Below, one piece after another: positions 9,471 to 19,732 of a DNA stretch of 64,000 bases. Made by a program: the position numbers and the translations under genes. Under the pieces are notes generated by a model that was not told where the DNA came from, did no database searches, and saw nothing but the letters and a program-made list of their open reading frames with translations. Source of the DNA: Polyangiales bacterium (GTDB lineage: Bacteria > Myxococcota_A > Polyangia > Polyangiales > Ga0077539); NCBI GenBank assembly GCA_044229975.1, contig JBGARZ010000010.1, positions 128,001 through 192,000 on the forward strand, given 5' to 3'. Position 1 is the first letter of the stretch. The number at the start of each line of letters is the position of its first letter.

Positions 9471-10424
9471 CTACCCGTTGCGGAGGCGGTGCATGAGGGC
9501 GGTGAGGTCGTCGGGCAGCGGTGATACGACGCGCACCGCGGCGCCCGTCACGGGGTGCGGGAAATGGATCTCGCTCGCATGGAGGCAGTGCCGTGCGAAG
9601 CCCTGCGCGACGTCGTCGGGAATCGCTGGGCCGCGGTAGAGGATGTCGCCGACGAGCGGGTGTCCGATGACCGCGAGGTGGGCCCTGACCTGGTGGCGAA
9701 ACGCGCGGGTGAGCGAGACCTCGACCAGGGTGTACTCGCCCTGCTCCTTGGCGACGCGCCACCGGGTCGTCGCCGGGTGGGGCTTCACCGCGGCGCGCAG
9801 TCGCACGTGCTCGGTGACGGCCTCGACGCGCTTGGGGTCCTTGCGGTGCGGGACGAGCGGAAACTCCACGACGCCTTCACCGGCCATGCGCCCTTCGACG
9901 AGCGCGAGGTAGCGCTTCTCGAGCTTCTCCTCGGCGGTCGCCGCGCGCAGCGCCTCGAAGGCGGCCTTGTTGCGCGCCGCGAGGATGAGGCCCGTGGTGT
10001 CGGTGTCGAGGCGATGGAGCAGGCCCGGCTCGCGGAGGTGGAAGCCCACCGTGGCCATCTCGGGGTAGCGGGCGAGCAGGGCGTTGACGAGGGTGCCGGT
10101 CTCGTCGGGTCGCAGCGGGTGGGTGGGGACCCCAGCGGGCTTCTCCACCACCACCACGTCGGCGTCTTCGTAGCGGACGGTGAGCGTCACGTCGGGCGTG
10201 GCGATGGGGGTGAAGTCCTGCGGCGGCAGCTCGCCGGAGACCTCCACCACGTTGCCCTCCACCAGGGGGTCGCCCTTGCGAACGCGGTGGCCGTCGACGC
10301 GCACCTGACCCGCTTCGAGGATGGCCTTGGCGCGCGCGCGGGAGAGCCCCGGGGTCACGTCGACGAGGAAGCGATCGAGTCTCTGCCCCGCTTGTGCAGC
10401 GGAGACGGTGTGCTGGGTTGCCAT
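9471..10424 (-). CDS. RluA/RluD-family pseudouridine synthase with S4 domain
   Basis: RLDRFL S4 start, KPAG, LHRLDTDTTG catalytic motif, HQVRAH, GDILY, LHA. Confidence 0.9.
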   Translation of the reverse strand: MATQHTVSAAQAGQRLDRFLVDVTPGLSRARAKAILEAGQVRVDGHRVRKGDPLVEGNVVEVSGELPPQDFTPIATPDVTLTVRYEDADVVVVEKPAGVPTHPLRPDETGTLVNALLARYPEMATVGFHLREPGLLHRLDTDTTGLILAARNKAAFEALRAATAEEKLEKRYLALVEGRMAGEGVVEFPLVPHRKDPKRVEAVTEHVRLRAAVKPHPATTRWRVAKEQGEYTLVEVSLTRAFRHQVRAHLAVIGHPLVGDILYRGPAIPDDVAQGFARHCLHASEIHFPHPVTGAAVRVVSPLPDDLTALMHRLRNG

Positions 10425-10582
10425 GGCGTTCGGCGCGGCCGATACCACACCGGGGAGAGGTTGTCGTGAGCGCCCGCGGGTTGATCTCGCTGCGCGAGCG
10501 ATGCCGCAGGGTACGTAAAACTTTCTCGGGTTGCTGTCCGTCGCGGGGACGTTGTAGTCGGGTAGGATCGCGAGGACGGCCC

Positions 10583-12190
10583 ATGGCGCTCTGTTCGACC
10601 TGCAAAAACGAGCTCGACGAGGAGACGGGCGAGTGCTTCGACTGCGGCCGGACGCAGAACCTCTCGGTGAAGCCCGACCCCTTCCTCGGGCGCGCGGTGG
10701 GCAACCTGGTGCTGGTCTACAAGATCGGCGAAGGCGCGATGGGCACGGTGTACCGGGCCTCGCACCAGGCGCTGAAGACCCCCTACGCGGTGAAGGTCCT
10801 GCGCGAGGATTTCAGCGACGACGAGACGGTGGCCGAGCGCTTCCGCCGCGAGGCGCTGGCGTGCAGTCGGCTCCAGCACGAAAACGTCGTGTACGTCACC
10901 GACTTCGGCAACGACCCCACGGTGGGTCTGTACCTGGTGATGGAGTTCGTCGACGGGCCGTCGCTGGCGCAGATGCTCCGGCCGGGGCGCTTCACGCTCG
11001 GTCGCGTCGGGCGCATCGCCGAGCAGGTGTGCGACGCCATGTCGGCCGCCCACCGATTGGACATCGTTCATCGGGATCTGAAGCCCGACAACATCCTGGT
11101 GTACCGCGACCCGGCGCGGCGCGACTTCGTGAAGGTGGTGGACTTCGGCATCGCGCGCATCCGCATGGCCGACGCGAGCGAAGAGCTCACGGCCTCGGGC
11201 ACCACGGTCGGAACCATCCAGTACATGGCGCCCGAGCAGCTCTTGAACCGCCCCGGCGCGGTGGGCGCGTGGAGCGACGTCTACGCGCTGGGGGTCATCG
11301 TCTACGAGATGGTGACGGGTCAGCGTCCCTTCGTGGCGGGCTCGATGCTGGAGCTGGCGGTGAAGCACGCGACGGTGACGCCGCCGCTCCTCTCGACGGT
11401 GCGCCCCGAGCTTCAGGGCTCGCAGCTCGAAGGTCTCGTGCACGCGATGCTGGCCAAGGAGCCGCCCGATCGGCCCGGGTCGATGGAGGCGGTGCGCGCG
11501 GCGCTGACGTCGGCCATCAACGAGCTGGTGGAGTGGGGCGTCCCCGACGCGGCGTACCCGACGGGCCCGCGGGTGGCGTCGCGCCCGTCGATGCCCGCGG
11601 TGGCGTACGAGACCGAAGGGGCGCGCTTCGGTTCGCGGCCGTCGATGCCGTCGATGCCGTCGATGACCCCGGCGCCGACGCAGAGCGCGCACTCCCTGCG
11701 GGTGCGGTCGATGGTTCAGAAGATCCGCGAGGAGGCGACGGACTCCGCGGTGGCGACGCTGCTGGCCTCGCTGCCGGGGGTCGACGCCCTCAGCGGCGAG
11801 GCGCTCACCATGGCGCTGTGGGGCGTGCTCCAGCAGGAGGTGCTCGACGCGCCGCTGGGGTCAGAGCGCTTCGGGCAAAACACCCAGCACCTGGGTTTGC
11901 TCATCGGCGCGGTGCTGGAGAGCAACGACGGGGCGGACGCTCCGTCCGACGCGCAGCAGCGGGTGTTTCGCGCGCTGCGCAACGTGCTGTCGCTGGCCGA
12001 CCGTGACCGTCGCGCGCAGATCATCGGGGCGCTCAAGCCGTGGGCGGCGCACCCGCACTTCCCGGAGGACATCATCCCGAAGGAAGACAAGCGCAGCCTC
12101 ATCGAGAAGCTGAGCGCGCCGGTGAGCGGGCAGTCGCTACGCTCGCTGCTCACGCACCGCATCGAGCTCTTCGGTACGAAGAAGGAGTGA
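10583..12190 (+). CDS. Ser/Thr protein kinase with N-terminal Zn-ribbon
   Basis: CxxC..CxxC; IGEGAMGTVY, AVK, HRDLKPDN, DFG, YMAPE, DVYALG. Confidence 0.92.
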   Translation: MALCSTCKNELDEETGECFDCGRTQNLSVKPDPFLGRAVGNLVLVYKIGEGAMGTVYRASHQALKTPYAVKVLREDFSDDETVAERFRREALACSRLQHENVVYVTDFGNDPTVGLYLVMEFVDGPSLAQMLRPGRFTLGRVGRIAEQVCDAMSAAHRLDIVHRDLKPDNILVYRDPARRDFVKVVDFGIARIRMADASEELTASGTTVGTIQYMAPEQLLNRPGAVGAWSDVYALGVIVYEMVTGQRPFVAGSMLELAVKHATVTPPLLSTVRPELQGSQLEGLVHAMLAKEPPDRPGSMEAVRAALTSAINELVEWGVPDAAYPTGPRVASRPSMPAVAYETEGARFGSRPSMPSMPSMTPAPTQSAHSLRVRSMVQKIREEATDSAVATLLASLPGVDALSGEALTMALWGVLQQEVLDAPLGSERFGQNTQHLGLLIGAVLESNDGADAPSDAQQRVFRALRNVLSLADRDRRAQIIGALKPWAAHPHFPEDIIPKEDKRSLIEKLSAPVSGQSLRSLLTHRIELFGTKKE

Positions 12191-12202
12191 CGGCCGCTCC
12201 GG

Positions 12203-12607
12203 CCGCAGGTTGAAACCCTTTCACCTCTACGCATCGTCGGCGTGCGCGACGGAGCGCCCACTGCGCGGTTGCGGACGGCCCGTGAACGGGCCTGCAACCG
12301 CTGAAGTGGGAGCCTGGAGATGGACGTCCCGCCTGCGCGGGACTTCCTGTACGCGCGCCGGTCGCTGGAGCGACCGTCGAGAAGGTGAAGGAGTTCCTCT
12401 CCAAGCCGTTCAGCGAGTCCCTACTTCCACTCGTCGAGCGCAGCGCGCTCGGCGCTCCGCCAGGAAGTCCCGCGCAGGCGGGACGCCTACCTCCAGGCTC
12501 CCACTTCAGCGGTTGCAGGCCCGCCCGCGGGCCGTCCGCAACCGCGCAGTGGGCGCTCCGTCACGCCCGCCGACGATACGTAGAAGTGAAAGGGTTTCAA
12601 CCTGCGG
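12203..12607. repeat. Long imperfect inverted repeat with about 147-bp arms, REP/MITE-like
   Basis: 12203-12349 pairs with 12461-12607; ends ccgcaggttgaaaccc / gggtttcaacctgcgg; between convergent genes. Confidence 0.93.
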
Positions 12608-12619
12608 CAGATCGGCAGA

Positions 12620-14053
12620 TCACCGCCCCCGGCGCGGCTTGTTGGCCTGCATCGACGGCTTCGGCGGGGCGCCCGACAGGTCGTCCCTCTTTCGCTTCGC
12701 CCGCAGGCTCACGCGCACGGGCACGGCCTCGAAGCCGAAGCGCTCGCGGAGCTGGTTCTGGAGGTAGCGCATGTAGCTCTCGGCGATGGCCTCGACGAAG
12801 TTCACCACCGCGGCGAAGCGCGGCGGGTGCGTCCCCACCTGGCTCACGTAGTAGATGCGCGGCGACCGGCCGGCGTGCACGGGCGGCGGGTGCTTGGCCA
12901 CCACCTCCTCGAAGAAGCGGTTGACCTCGCCGGTGCCGATGCGCTTGCCGTGCGACTCCCACGCGCGGTCGACCATCGACAACAGACTGCTCGTCCCGCG
13001 GCCGGCCTTCGCCGACAGCTTCAGGATCGGGATCCACGGCGCGAACGACAGCTTGCGGTGCGCCTCGGCCACCGCCTTGCGCTCGGTCGCCATGTCGACC
13101 TTGTCGACCTTGTTGAGCCCGAGCACCACCGCGCGGCCGCGCTCTTCGGCGAGCGCGATGAGCCGCAGGTCCTGGTCGGCGAGGTTCTCCGTCACGTCGA
13201 GGAGCACCACCACCACGTCGCAGCGCTCCATCGCGCGGATGGCCTGCATCACGCTGGTCATCTCGACCGGCGCCGACACCGAGCGCTTGCGCCGGATGCC
13301 CGCCGTGTCGACGAACACGTACTGCTTGTCGCCCTTGGTCACGAGCGTGTCGATCGCATCGCGCGTCGTGCCCGGCACGTCCGTCACCAGCAGCCGCTCG
13401 GTGCCGATGAGCTTGTTGATGAGCGAGCTCTTGCCCGCGTTGGGCCGGCCCACCACCGCCACGCGCGCGACGTTGTCATCCAGCGGAACGTCATCCGCCA
13501 CGTCGGCGGGCATGCGCTTCTCCAGCGCCGCGTCGAGCTCCACGAACCCGCGGCCGTGCAGCGCGCTCAGCGCGATGACCTCGTCGGCCCCGGCGCGGTA
13601 CAGCTCCGTCGCCTCCTGCGCGCGCGCCGTGCTGTCGGCCTTGTTGGCGATGTAGATCACCGGCCGCCCGGCCTTGCGCAGCAGCTTCAGCGCCTCGTGG
13701 TCGGCCTCGGTGAGCGGGACCGTTCCGTCGGCGACGAAGATCACCACGTCGGCCTCGGCGATGGCCAGCTTCACCTGGTCGCGCACGCCGGACATCATCG
13801 CGTCCTTGGCGTCGTGCTCGAAGCCGCCGGTGTCCACCAGGACGAAGGGCCTCCCCCGCACCTCGGCGTCGGCGAAGTGCCGGTCGCGGGTCACGCCGGG
13901 CTCGTCCTCGACGATGGCGAGGTGCTTGCCCACGAGGCGGTTGAAGAGGGTGCTCTTGCCCACGTTGGGGCGGCCCACGATGGCCACCAGCGGGCGGTTG
14001 CCGCGGGCGACGCGGATCTCGGCCGGCAGCGCGGCCCGGTCACTGCGGCTCAT
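12620..14053 (-). CDS. der: Ribosome biogenesis GTPase Der (EngA)
   Basis: Two G domains (GRPNVGKS/DTGG and GRPNAGKS/DTAG), GVTRD, GTTRD, KH-like C-terminus. Confidence 0.96.
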   Translation of the reverse strand: MSRSDRAALPAEIRVARGNRPLVAIVGRPNVGKSTLFNRLVGKHLAIVEDEPGVTRDRHFADAEVRGRPFVLVDTGGFEHDAKDAMMSGVRDQVKLAIAEADVVIFVADGTVPLTEADHEALKLLRKAGRPVIYIANKADSTARAQEATELYRAGADEVIALSALHGRGFVELDAALEKRMPADVADDVPLDDNVARVAVVGRPNAGKSSLINKLIGTERLLVTDVPGTTRDAIDTLVTKGDKQYVFVDTAGIRRKRSVSAPVEMTSVMQAIRAMERCDVVVVLLDVTENLADQDLRLIALAEERGRAVVLGLNKVDKVDMATERKAVAEAHRKLSFAPWIPILKLSAKAGRGTSSLLSMVDRAWESHGKRIGTGEVNRFFEEVVAKHPPPVHAGRSPRIYYVSQVGTHPPRFAAVVNFVEAIAESYMRYLQNQLRERFGFEAVPVRVSLRAKRKRDDLSGAPPKPSMQANKPRRGR

Positions 14054-15006
14054 GATGCGTCCTTCTTCTGCTCGACCTGGGCGTACCCGAGGCTCTTCAG
14101 CGCATCACCCGACCGCGTCCAGTCGGGCGTCACCTGCACCCACAGCTCCAGGAAGACCTTCTTCCCCAGGAACTGCTCGATGCTCGACCGCGCCCTCGCG
14201 CCGATCGCCTTGATGCGCTCGCCGCCCGTTCCGACGAGGATCTTCTTCTGCCCGTCGCGCTCGACGTGGATGGCCGCCCGGATGCGCGGCACCGCGGGTC
14301 GCTCGTCGTAGCTCTCGATCTCCACGGCCGTCACGTACGGAACCTCCGCGCCCGTCTCGCCGATCACCGCCTCACGAATGCGCTCGGCCACGAAGTACTT
14401 CTCCGGCCGGTCGGTGAGCGTGTCCTCGGGGAAGAGCGCGGGGCCCTCCGGGAGCTCGGCCACCAGCGAGCGCAGGAGCTGCCCGATGCCGTCGTCCTGC
14501 TGCGCCGCGATGGGCACCAGCGCGAAGAACTCGCGCTTCCTGGAGTACGCCTCCAGCAGCGGGAGCAGCGCCTCCTTCGGTCGCACCCGGTCGACCTTGT
14601 TGAGCACGAGAAACACCTTCTTGGTCACCCCGGCGAGGGCTTCGAGCACGTGCTCTTCGCGGCTCGGACCGGCCATGCCGTCGCTCGCGTCGACGACCAT
14701 CACCACCACGTCGGCGCCTTCGGCGGCGGCGCGGGCCTCGGCGTTCATGTACTCGCCGAGCTTGCGGTGCGGGCGGTGGATTCCGGGCGTGTCGACCACC
14801 ACGAGCTGCGCGGGCAATCCCAGCGGGCGCGTGACGACGGCCATCACCCGGTCGCGGGTGGTCTCGGGGTTGGGCGTGACGATGGAGAGCGACTCGCCCA
14901 CGAGGGCGTTGAGCAGCGTGCTCTTGCCCACGTTTGGGCGGCCGACGAGGGCGACATAGCCCGCGCGTTCGATCGGCGCGGCGTTGGTAACAGGGGTATC
15001 GGTCAT
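14050..15006 (-). CDS. era: GTPase Era
   Basis: GRPNVGKS, TTR, DTPG, NKVD, EVPY and KH domain. Confidence 0.95.
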   Translation of the reverse strand: MTDTPVTNAAPIERAGYVALVGRPNVGKSTLLNALVGESLSIVTPNPETTRDRVMAVVTRPLGLPAQLVVVDTPGIHRPHRKLGEYMNAEARAAAEGADVVVMVVDASDGMAGPSREEHVLEALAGVTKKVFLVLNKVDRVRPKEALLPLLEAYSRKREFFALVPIAAQQDDGIGQLLRSLVAELPEGPALFPEDTLTDRPEKYFVAERIREAVIGETGAEVPYVTAVEIESYDERPAVPRIRAAIHVERDGQKKILVGTGGERIKAIGARARSSIEQFLGKKVFLELWVQVTPDWTRSGDALKSLGYAQVEQKKDAS

Positions 15007-15056
15007 AAAGAGGGCGCAGCTTATGAGCCATCCAACGGGTGTAGACAATCCCCCCG

Positions 15057-16058
15057 ATGCCTCCCGGCTCCGCTCCGACCCGCCTCGTCACCGCGGTCGC
15101 GCTCGCGCTCGCGGCGTCGTGGGCCCGCGCGCAGTCGCCTCTTCCGAGCGTCGCCGTCGCGGGTGAGGTCACCGTCGTCACCCCGCAGCCGTCGCCCGTC
15201 GTGCTGCTGCGCGGCGGCAGCTTCGTGATGGGCGCCGACCCCGTGGGCATCGACCTGGCCAGCACCGTCTGCGTCCGCGAGCTCGACCGCTTCGTCACCG
15301 CGCAGGGCACGACCATCGCCGACGAGTCGGCGCTGCGCGGCTTCAACACCCTCATGGCGCACTGCGGCGCCGAGCAGTTCGTCGTGTCGGTCTGCGGCGC
15401 GGAGTACTTCGCCCACGAGGCCGTGGTGCACGAGGTGTGGCTGCCGACCTTCGGCATCGACCGCACCGAGGTCACCGTCGCGGCCTACGACCGCTGCGTG
15501 CGCGCGGGCGGGTGCGCCGCGCCCCTCGACGCGCCGTCGACCCCGCACACGGGTCTCGCCTCGCTGCCGGTGACGGGGGTGAGCTGGTACGACGCGCAGC
15601 GGTACTGCCGCCACGTCGGAGGAAGGCTGCCCACCGAGGCCGAGTGGGAGCGCGCGGCGCGAGGGCGCGACGGGCGGGCGTTTCCGTGGGGCTGGGTGCT
15701 CGACGGAAGACGGTTCAACCACGGCGCGCTGGCTCCGTCGTGCCGCGACGACGACGACGGTCACGCGCTCGCGTCGCCGGTGGGATCGTTTCCCGACGGG
15801 GCGTCACCCGAAGGGGTGCTCGACCTCGCGGGCAACGTGTTGGAGTGGGTGGCCGACCGCGCCGCGCCCGACCGCGCCGGGTACCTCTTCCACCGGGAGG
15901 TCGACCCGCAGGGGCCGCGCGTCGGGAGCGAGCGCGTGGTGCGGGGAGGATCGTTCGAGCTGCCGATGTTCATGGCGAGGGCGACCGCGCGCATGCGGCG
16001 ATTGCCCGGCGTGAGGCTGCGCGACCTGGGCTTTCGCTGCGCCTACGACCGCCCGTGA
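15057..16058 (+). CDS. Formylglycine-generating enzyme (SUMF1/EgtB/PvdO) domain protein
   Basis: TEVT, RLPTEAEWE, FPWG, DLAGNVLEW, RGGSF, GFRC. Confidence 0.88.
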   Translation: MPPGSAPTRLVTAVALALAASWARAQSPLPSVAVAGEVTVVTPQPSPVVLLRGGSFVMGADPVGIDLASTVCVRELDRFVTAQGTTIADESALRGFNTLMAHCGAEQFVVSVCGAEYFAHEAVVHEVWLPTFGIDRTEVTVAAYDRCVRAGGCAAPLDAPSTPHTGLASLPVTGVSWYDAQRYCRHVGGRLPTEAEWERAARGRDGRAFPWGWVLDGRRFNHGALAPSCRDDDDGHALASPVGSFPDGASPEGVLDLAGNVLEWVADRAAPDRAGYLFHREVDPQGPRVGSERVVRGGSFELPMFMARATARMRRLPGVRLRDLGFRCAYDRP

Positions 16059-16150
16059 CGGCACCCGTGAGTGGGGATTGCCATGGGAGGCCGGACGGAT
16101 AGACTGCGCCGCCCCGAACGACCCCCCCCTCCGTGGAGTGCCCGACGATC

Positions 16151-16792
16151 ATGCGATGGACCGCGTTCCTTCTTCTTTGCCTTACGGTTGGGGGCTGCAC
16201 CACGCAGGCCGTCGGCCAGCGCTGCCAGCAAAACGCCGACTGCAACACCGACACCGATGTGTGCCGCAACGAGCTCAACCCCGGAAACGACTGTGACCAG
16301 CAGTCGTGCATCTGCTGCCCGAGCGACCCCACGGCCGCTCAAGCGGTGGCCGCGTGCCGCCCGCGCACGACTCCCGTCACCGATGCGGGCACGCGCCCGA
16401 CCACCGACAACGGCATGAGCACGGTGACCGACACCGGCGTCCGCCCCGACACCGGGTCCAGCGCCACGCCCGACGCGGGCATCACCTGCACGAGCAACAG
16501 CGGCTGCCCCATCGGCAACTACTGCGGCGGCACCACCTGCGGCGGTTCGGGTAGCTGCCTCCCGCTCCCGATGACCTGCCCCGGCGTCTTCGAACCGGTA
16601 TGCGGCTGCAACAACACCTCGTACCTCAGCGCCTGCGATGCCGCGCGGGCGGGCGTTCGGGTCAGCGCGATGGGCCAGTGCGGGACCACCGCTCCCGACG
16701 CGGGCTCCCCCATCGACGCCAGCTTCTCCGTCGACACGGGCACCACCTCCGACCTCGGCGTCACCCCCGACGTCCCCGCCTCGGTCGACTGA
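16151..16792 (+). CDS. Cys-rich lipoprotein with Kazal-like domain
   Basis: Lipobox VGGC; CPGVFEPVCGCNNTSYLSAC Kazal pattern. Confidence 0.7.
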   Translation: MRWTAFLLLCLTVGGCTTQAVGQRCQQNADCNTDTDVCRNELNPGNDCDQQSCICCPSDPTAAQAVAACRPRTTPVTDAGTRPTTDNGMSTVTDTGVRPDTGSSATPDAGITCTSNSGCPIGNYCGGTTCGGSGSCLPLPMTCPGVFEPVCGCNNTSYLSACDAARAGVRVSAMGQCGTTAPDAGSPIDASFSVDTGTTSDLGVTPDVPASVD

Positions 16793-16859
16793 CCCGTCTT
16801 CGCCGCGGCACCAATGGCCGCGTAGAGCCCATCGGGCGCCCTCTGTTAGGGTGTCCACC

Positions 16860-19715
16860 ATGCGCACAGTGAAGTCTCTCGGTGTCGTCGCGCTCCTCGC
16901 GACGCTGGTCGTGGGCTGTTCGACCGGGCTCTCCGTGGTCGGTGGCCGCACCGACGATGTGCCCGCAGTCGACGCTTCCATCGACGCTTCCATCGACCTC
17001 GGCGCGCCCGACGTCTCCACCATCGACGCCTTCGACGCGCCCTCCATCGACGGCCCCGACGTGTCCGCGATGGACGCGCCCGACGCGCCGACGCCCGACA
17101 CGCCGGATGTTCCGTTTCGGTGCGCGGCCAACGCGGACTGCGCGGGCAACGCGGGCGGCCCGGTGTGTGACACCACCACCGGGGCCTGCGTGGCCTGCAC
17201 CGCCGCGAGCGACGTGTGCCCCACCGGGCGCTACTGCGACGACGCCAGCCGTACCTGCGTGGTGGGCTGCCGTGACGACGGCGCGTGCTCGGGCGCACCG
17301 GCCGACGCGGGCTCTCCGGCCGATGGTTCGACGGGGCGTGGCCGTCGCTGCGACCGCGTGTCGCGCACCTGCGTCGAGTGCCTGGACAACCCCGACTGCC
17401 CGGCCGGAACCCTCTGCGTCGGCAGCATCTGCGTGACCGGCTGCACCGCGGGTAGTCCGTGCCCGTCGGGGCAGACGTGCTGCTCCGGGGCCTGCGTCGA
17501 CAACCTCGCCAACGTCGCCCACTGCGGCGGCTGCGACCTGCGCTGCTCGGTCCCCAACGGAACGCCCAATTGCCTCAACGGCAACTGCACCGTCGGCACC
17601 TGCGCCGCGCCGTTCGGCAACTGCGACGGCAACAACACCAACGGCTGCGAGACCAACACCCTCGTCTCCGTCGAGCACTGCGGCGGCTGCGGCGTTTTGT
17701 GCGCCACGCCCGCCAACGCGACGCCGACGTGTACCGCGGGGACGTGCGGGTTCGCCTGCGTGGCGGGCTTCGCCGACTGCGACGGCAACCCGGCCAACGG
17801 CTGCGAGGTCGCGCTCGGCGGTGACGTCACGCACTGCGGGAGCTGCACGACGGTGTGCAATCCCCCCAACGGGACGGCCGCGTGCGCGGCGGGCGTGTGC
17901 GCCATCGCGGCGTGCGCGGCGGGCTTCGGCGACTGCGACGGCAACGCGACCAACGGGTGCGAGACCGACGTGCGGCGCAGCGTGGGCAACTGCGGCGGCT
18001 GCGGGCGCGCGTGCCCCGACCGGGCCAACGCCTTCCCGGGCTGCCTCGCGGGGACGTGCGTCAACTCCTGCGTCACGGGTCACCAGGACTGCAACGGCGT
18101 CGAGGCCGACGGCTGCGAGGCCGACCTGCGCGTGGACGGCGCCAACTGCGGGTCGTGCGGTCGGGCGTGCAGCCCCTCCAACGCGACCGGGGCGTGCACG
18201 ACGGGGCGCTGCGCGATCGTGCGCTGCGACGACGGCTTCGCCGACTGCGACGGCAACGCGGACAACGGCTGCGAGGTCAACCTCCGCAGCAACGCCTCGC
18301 ACTGCGGCGCGTGCAACAACGTGTGCAGCGCGACGGGCGGAACGGCCGCGTGCATCGCGGGCGTGTGCGGGCTGACCACCTGCATGACGGGCCTCGCCGA
18401 CTGCGACCGCGCGGGCAACAGCTGCGAGACCAACACCACCAACGACCCGCGCAACTGCGGCGGCTGCGGGAGCGTCTGCGACGTCCCCAACGCCACCGCC
18501 GGGTGCGCGGGGAGCATGTGCACCGTCGCGGGATGCAACGCGGGCTTCGGCAATTGCAGTGGTGGTGCGGCCGACGGTTGCGAGACCAACCTCAACACCA
18601 CGGTCACGTCCTGCGGGGCTTGTGGGACGGTGTGCAGCGTGCCCAACGCGACGCCTGCGTGTCGCGAGGGGCGGTGCGCGGTGGGGCGCTGCAACGACGG
18701 CTTCGCCGACTGCGACGGCAACCCGGCCAACGGGTGCGAGGTCAACACGCAGGTCACGGTCGGGGCGTGCGGGGCGTGCGGCAACGTGTGCTCGACGCCC
18801 AACGGGTCGCCCGGTTGCTCGGGCGGGACGTGCACGGTCGCGGGTTGCAACGGCGGCTTCGCCAACTGCAACAACGCGACGGGTGACGGCTGCGAGGTCA
18901 ACGTCACCAACGACCCGCGCAACTGCGGCGTGTGCGGTCGCGGGTGCTCGTTGGCCAACACGGCGGTGGCGGGCTGCGGCGCGGGGGCGTGCACGGTGGT
19001 GACGTGCGCCGGGGGCTACGCCGACTGCAACGGCGGGGCGAGCGACGGGTGCGAGGTCAACGTGAGCAACGACGCCAACAACTGCGGCGGCTGCGGCACG
19101 CGGTGCGCGTCGGGGGTGTGCCGCGAGGGCGCGTGCCAGAGCTTCGGCGGGGGCTACGAGGTGAGCGGGGCGCCGTGCAGCAACTGCCACAACACCAACG
19201 CGTTTACGGGGTCGTGCGGGTGCCCGTCGGGCTTCCCCTCGACGGTGAGCTGGGGGGTCATCAATGACTGCCAGCGGGCGGGGTCGCAGATCAGCGCGGC
19301 GACGACGTTCTGCGGAGCGGCGGGTACGCCTACGGGTGAGTACGGCGGGGCGTACCAGCAGGACGACGGGGTCACCGGGGGCATCGGGTGCCGCGCGAGC
19401 AACCCGTACACGGGCGGGTGCTCGTGCCCGGGCGGGTACACGGCCATCGGGTTTCGCACGCTGGTCTACGGGACGGGCAGCCGCATCATCGGGTCGAACC
19501 CGGCGATCTGCGTGTCGTCGAGCGGCCCGCGGCCGTCGTTCGGCGGGGCGTTTCAGGTGGATGATGCGGTTCCGGGTGGCGTCGGGTGCCGGGCGGGCAA
19601 TCCCCTCACGGGCGGGTGCTCGTGCCCGGCGGGCTACGGCGGGTCGGCGCTGCGGGTGGAGGTCGACAGCAGCGCGGGCTTCATCGGGTCGCAGGTGATC
19701 CTGTGCGTGCGGTGA
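16860..19715 (+). CDS. Large Cys-rich repeat lipoprotein with a three-repeat C-terminal domain
   Basis: Lipobox VVGC; about ten CDGNxxNGCE..CGxCG units; three GG..N(P/A)xTGxCxCPxG repeats at the C-terminus. Confidence 0.8.
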   Translation: MRTVKSLGVVALLATLVVGCSTGLSVVGGRTDDVPAVDASIDASIDLGAPDVSTIDAFDAPSIDGPDVSAMDAPDAPTPDTPDVPFRCAANADCAGNAGGPVCDTTTGACVACTAASDVCPTGRYCDDASRTCVVGCRDDGACSGAPADAGSPADGSTGRGRRCDRVSRTCVECLDNPDCPAGTLCVGSICVTGCTAGSPCPSGQTCCSGACVDNLANVAHCGGCDLRCSVPNGTPNCLNGNCTVGTCAAPFGNCDGNNTNGCETNTLVSVEHCGGCGVLCATPANATPTCTAGTCGFACVAGFADCDGNPANGCEVALGGDVTHCGSCTTVCNPPNGTAACAAGVCAIAACAAGFGDCDGNATNGCETDVRRSVGNCGGCGRACPDRANAFPGCLAGTCVNSCVTGHQDCNGVEADGCEADLRVDGANCGSCGRACSPSNATGACTTGRCAIVRCDDGFADCDGNADNGCEVNLRSNASHCGACNNVCSATGGTAACIAGVCGLTTCMTGLADCDRAGNSCETNTTNDPRNCGGCGSVCDVPNATAGCAGSMCTVAGCNAGFGNCSGGAADGCETNLNTTVTSCGACGTVCSVPNATPACREGRCAVGRCNDGFADCDGNPANGCEVNTQVTVGACGACGNVCSTPNGSPGCSGGTCTVAGCNGGFANCNNATGDGCEVNVTNDPRNCGVCGRGCSLANTAVAGCGAGACTVVTCAGGYADCNGGASDGCEVNVSNDANNCGGCGTRCASGVCREGACQSFGGGYEVSGAPCSNCHNTNAFTGSCGCPSGFPSTVSWGVINDCQRAGSQISAATTFCGAAGTPTGEYGGAYQQDDGVTGGIGCRASNPYTGGCSCPGGYTAIGFRTLVYGTGSRIIGSNPAICVSSSGPRPSFGGAFQVDDAVPGGVGCRAGNPLTGGCSCPAGYGGSALRVEVDSSAGFIGSQVILCVR

Positions 19716-19732
19716 GGTAGAGCAGCAAGACG

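Noticed and set aside
12620..15006. era-der adjacency as a novelty
   Set aside because: An ordinary housekeeping arrangement
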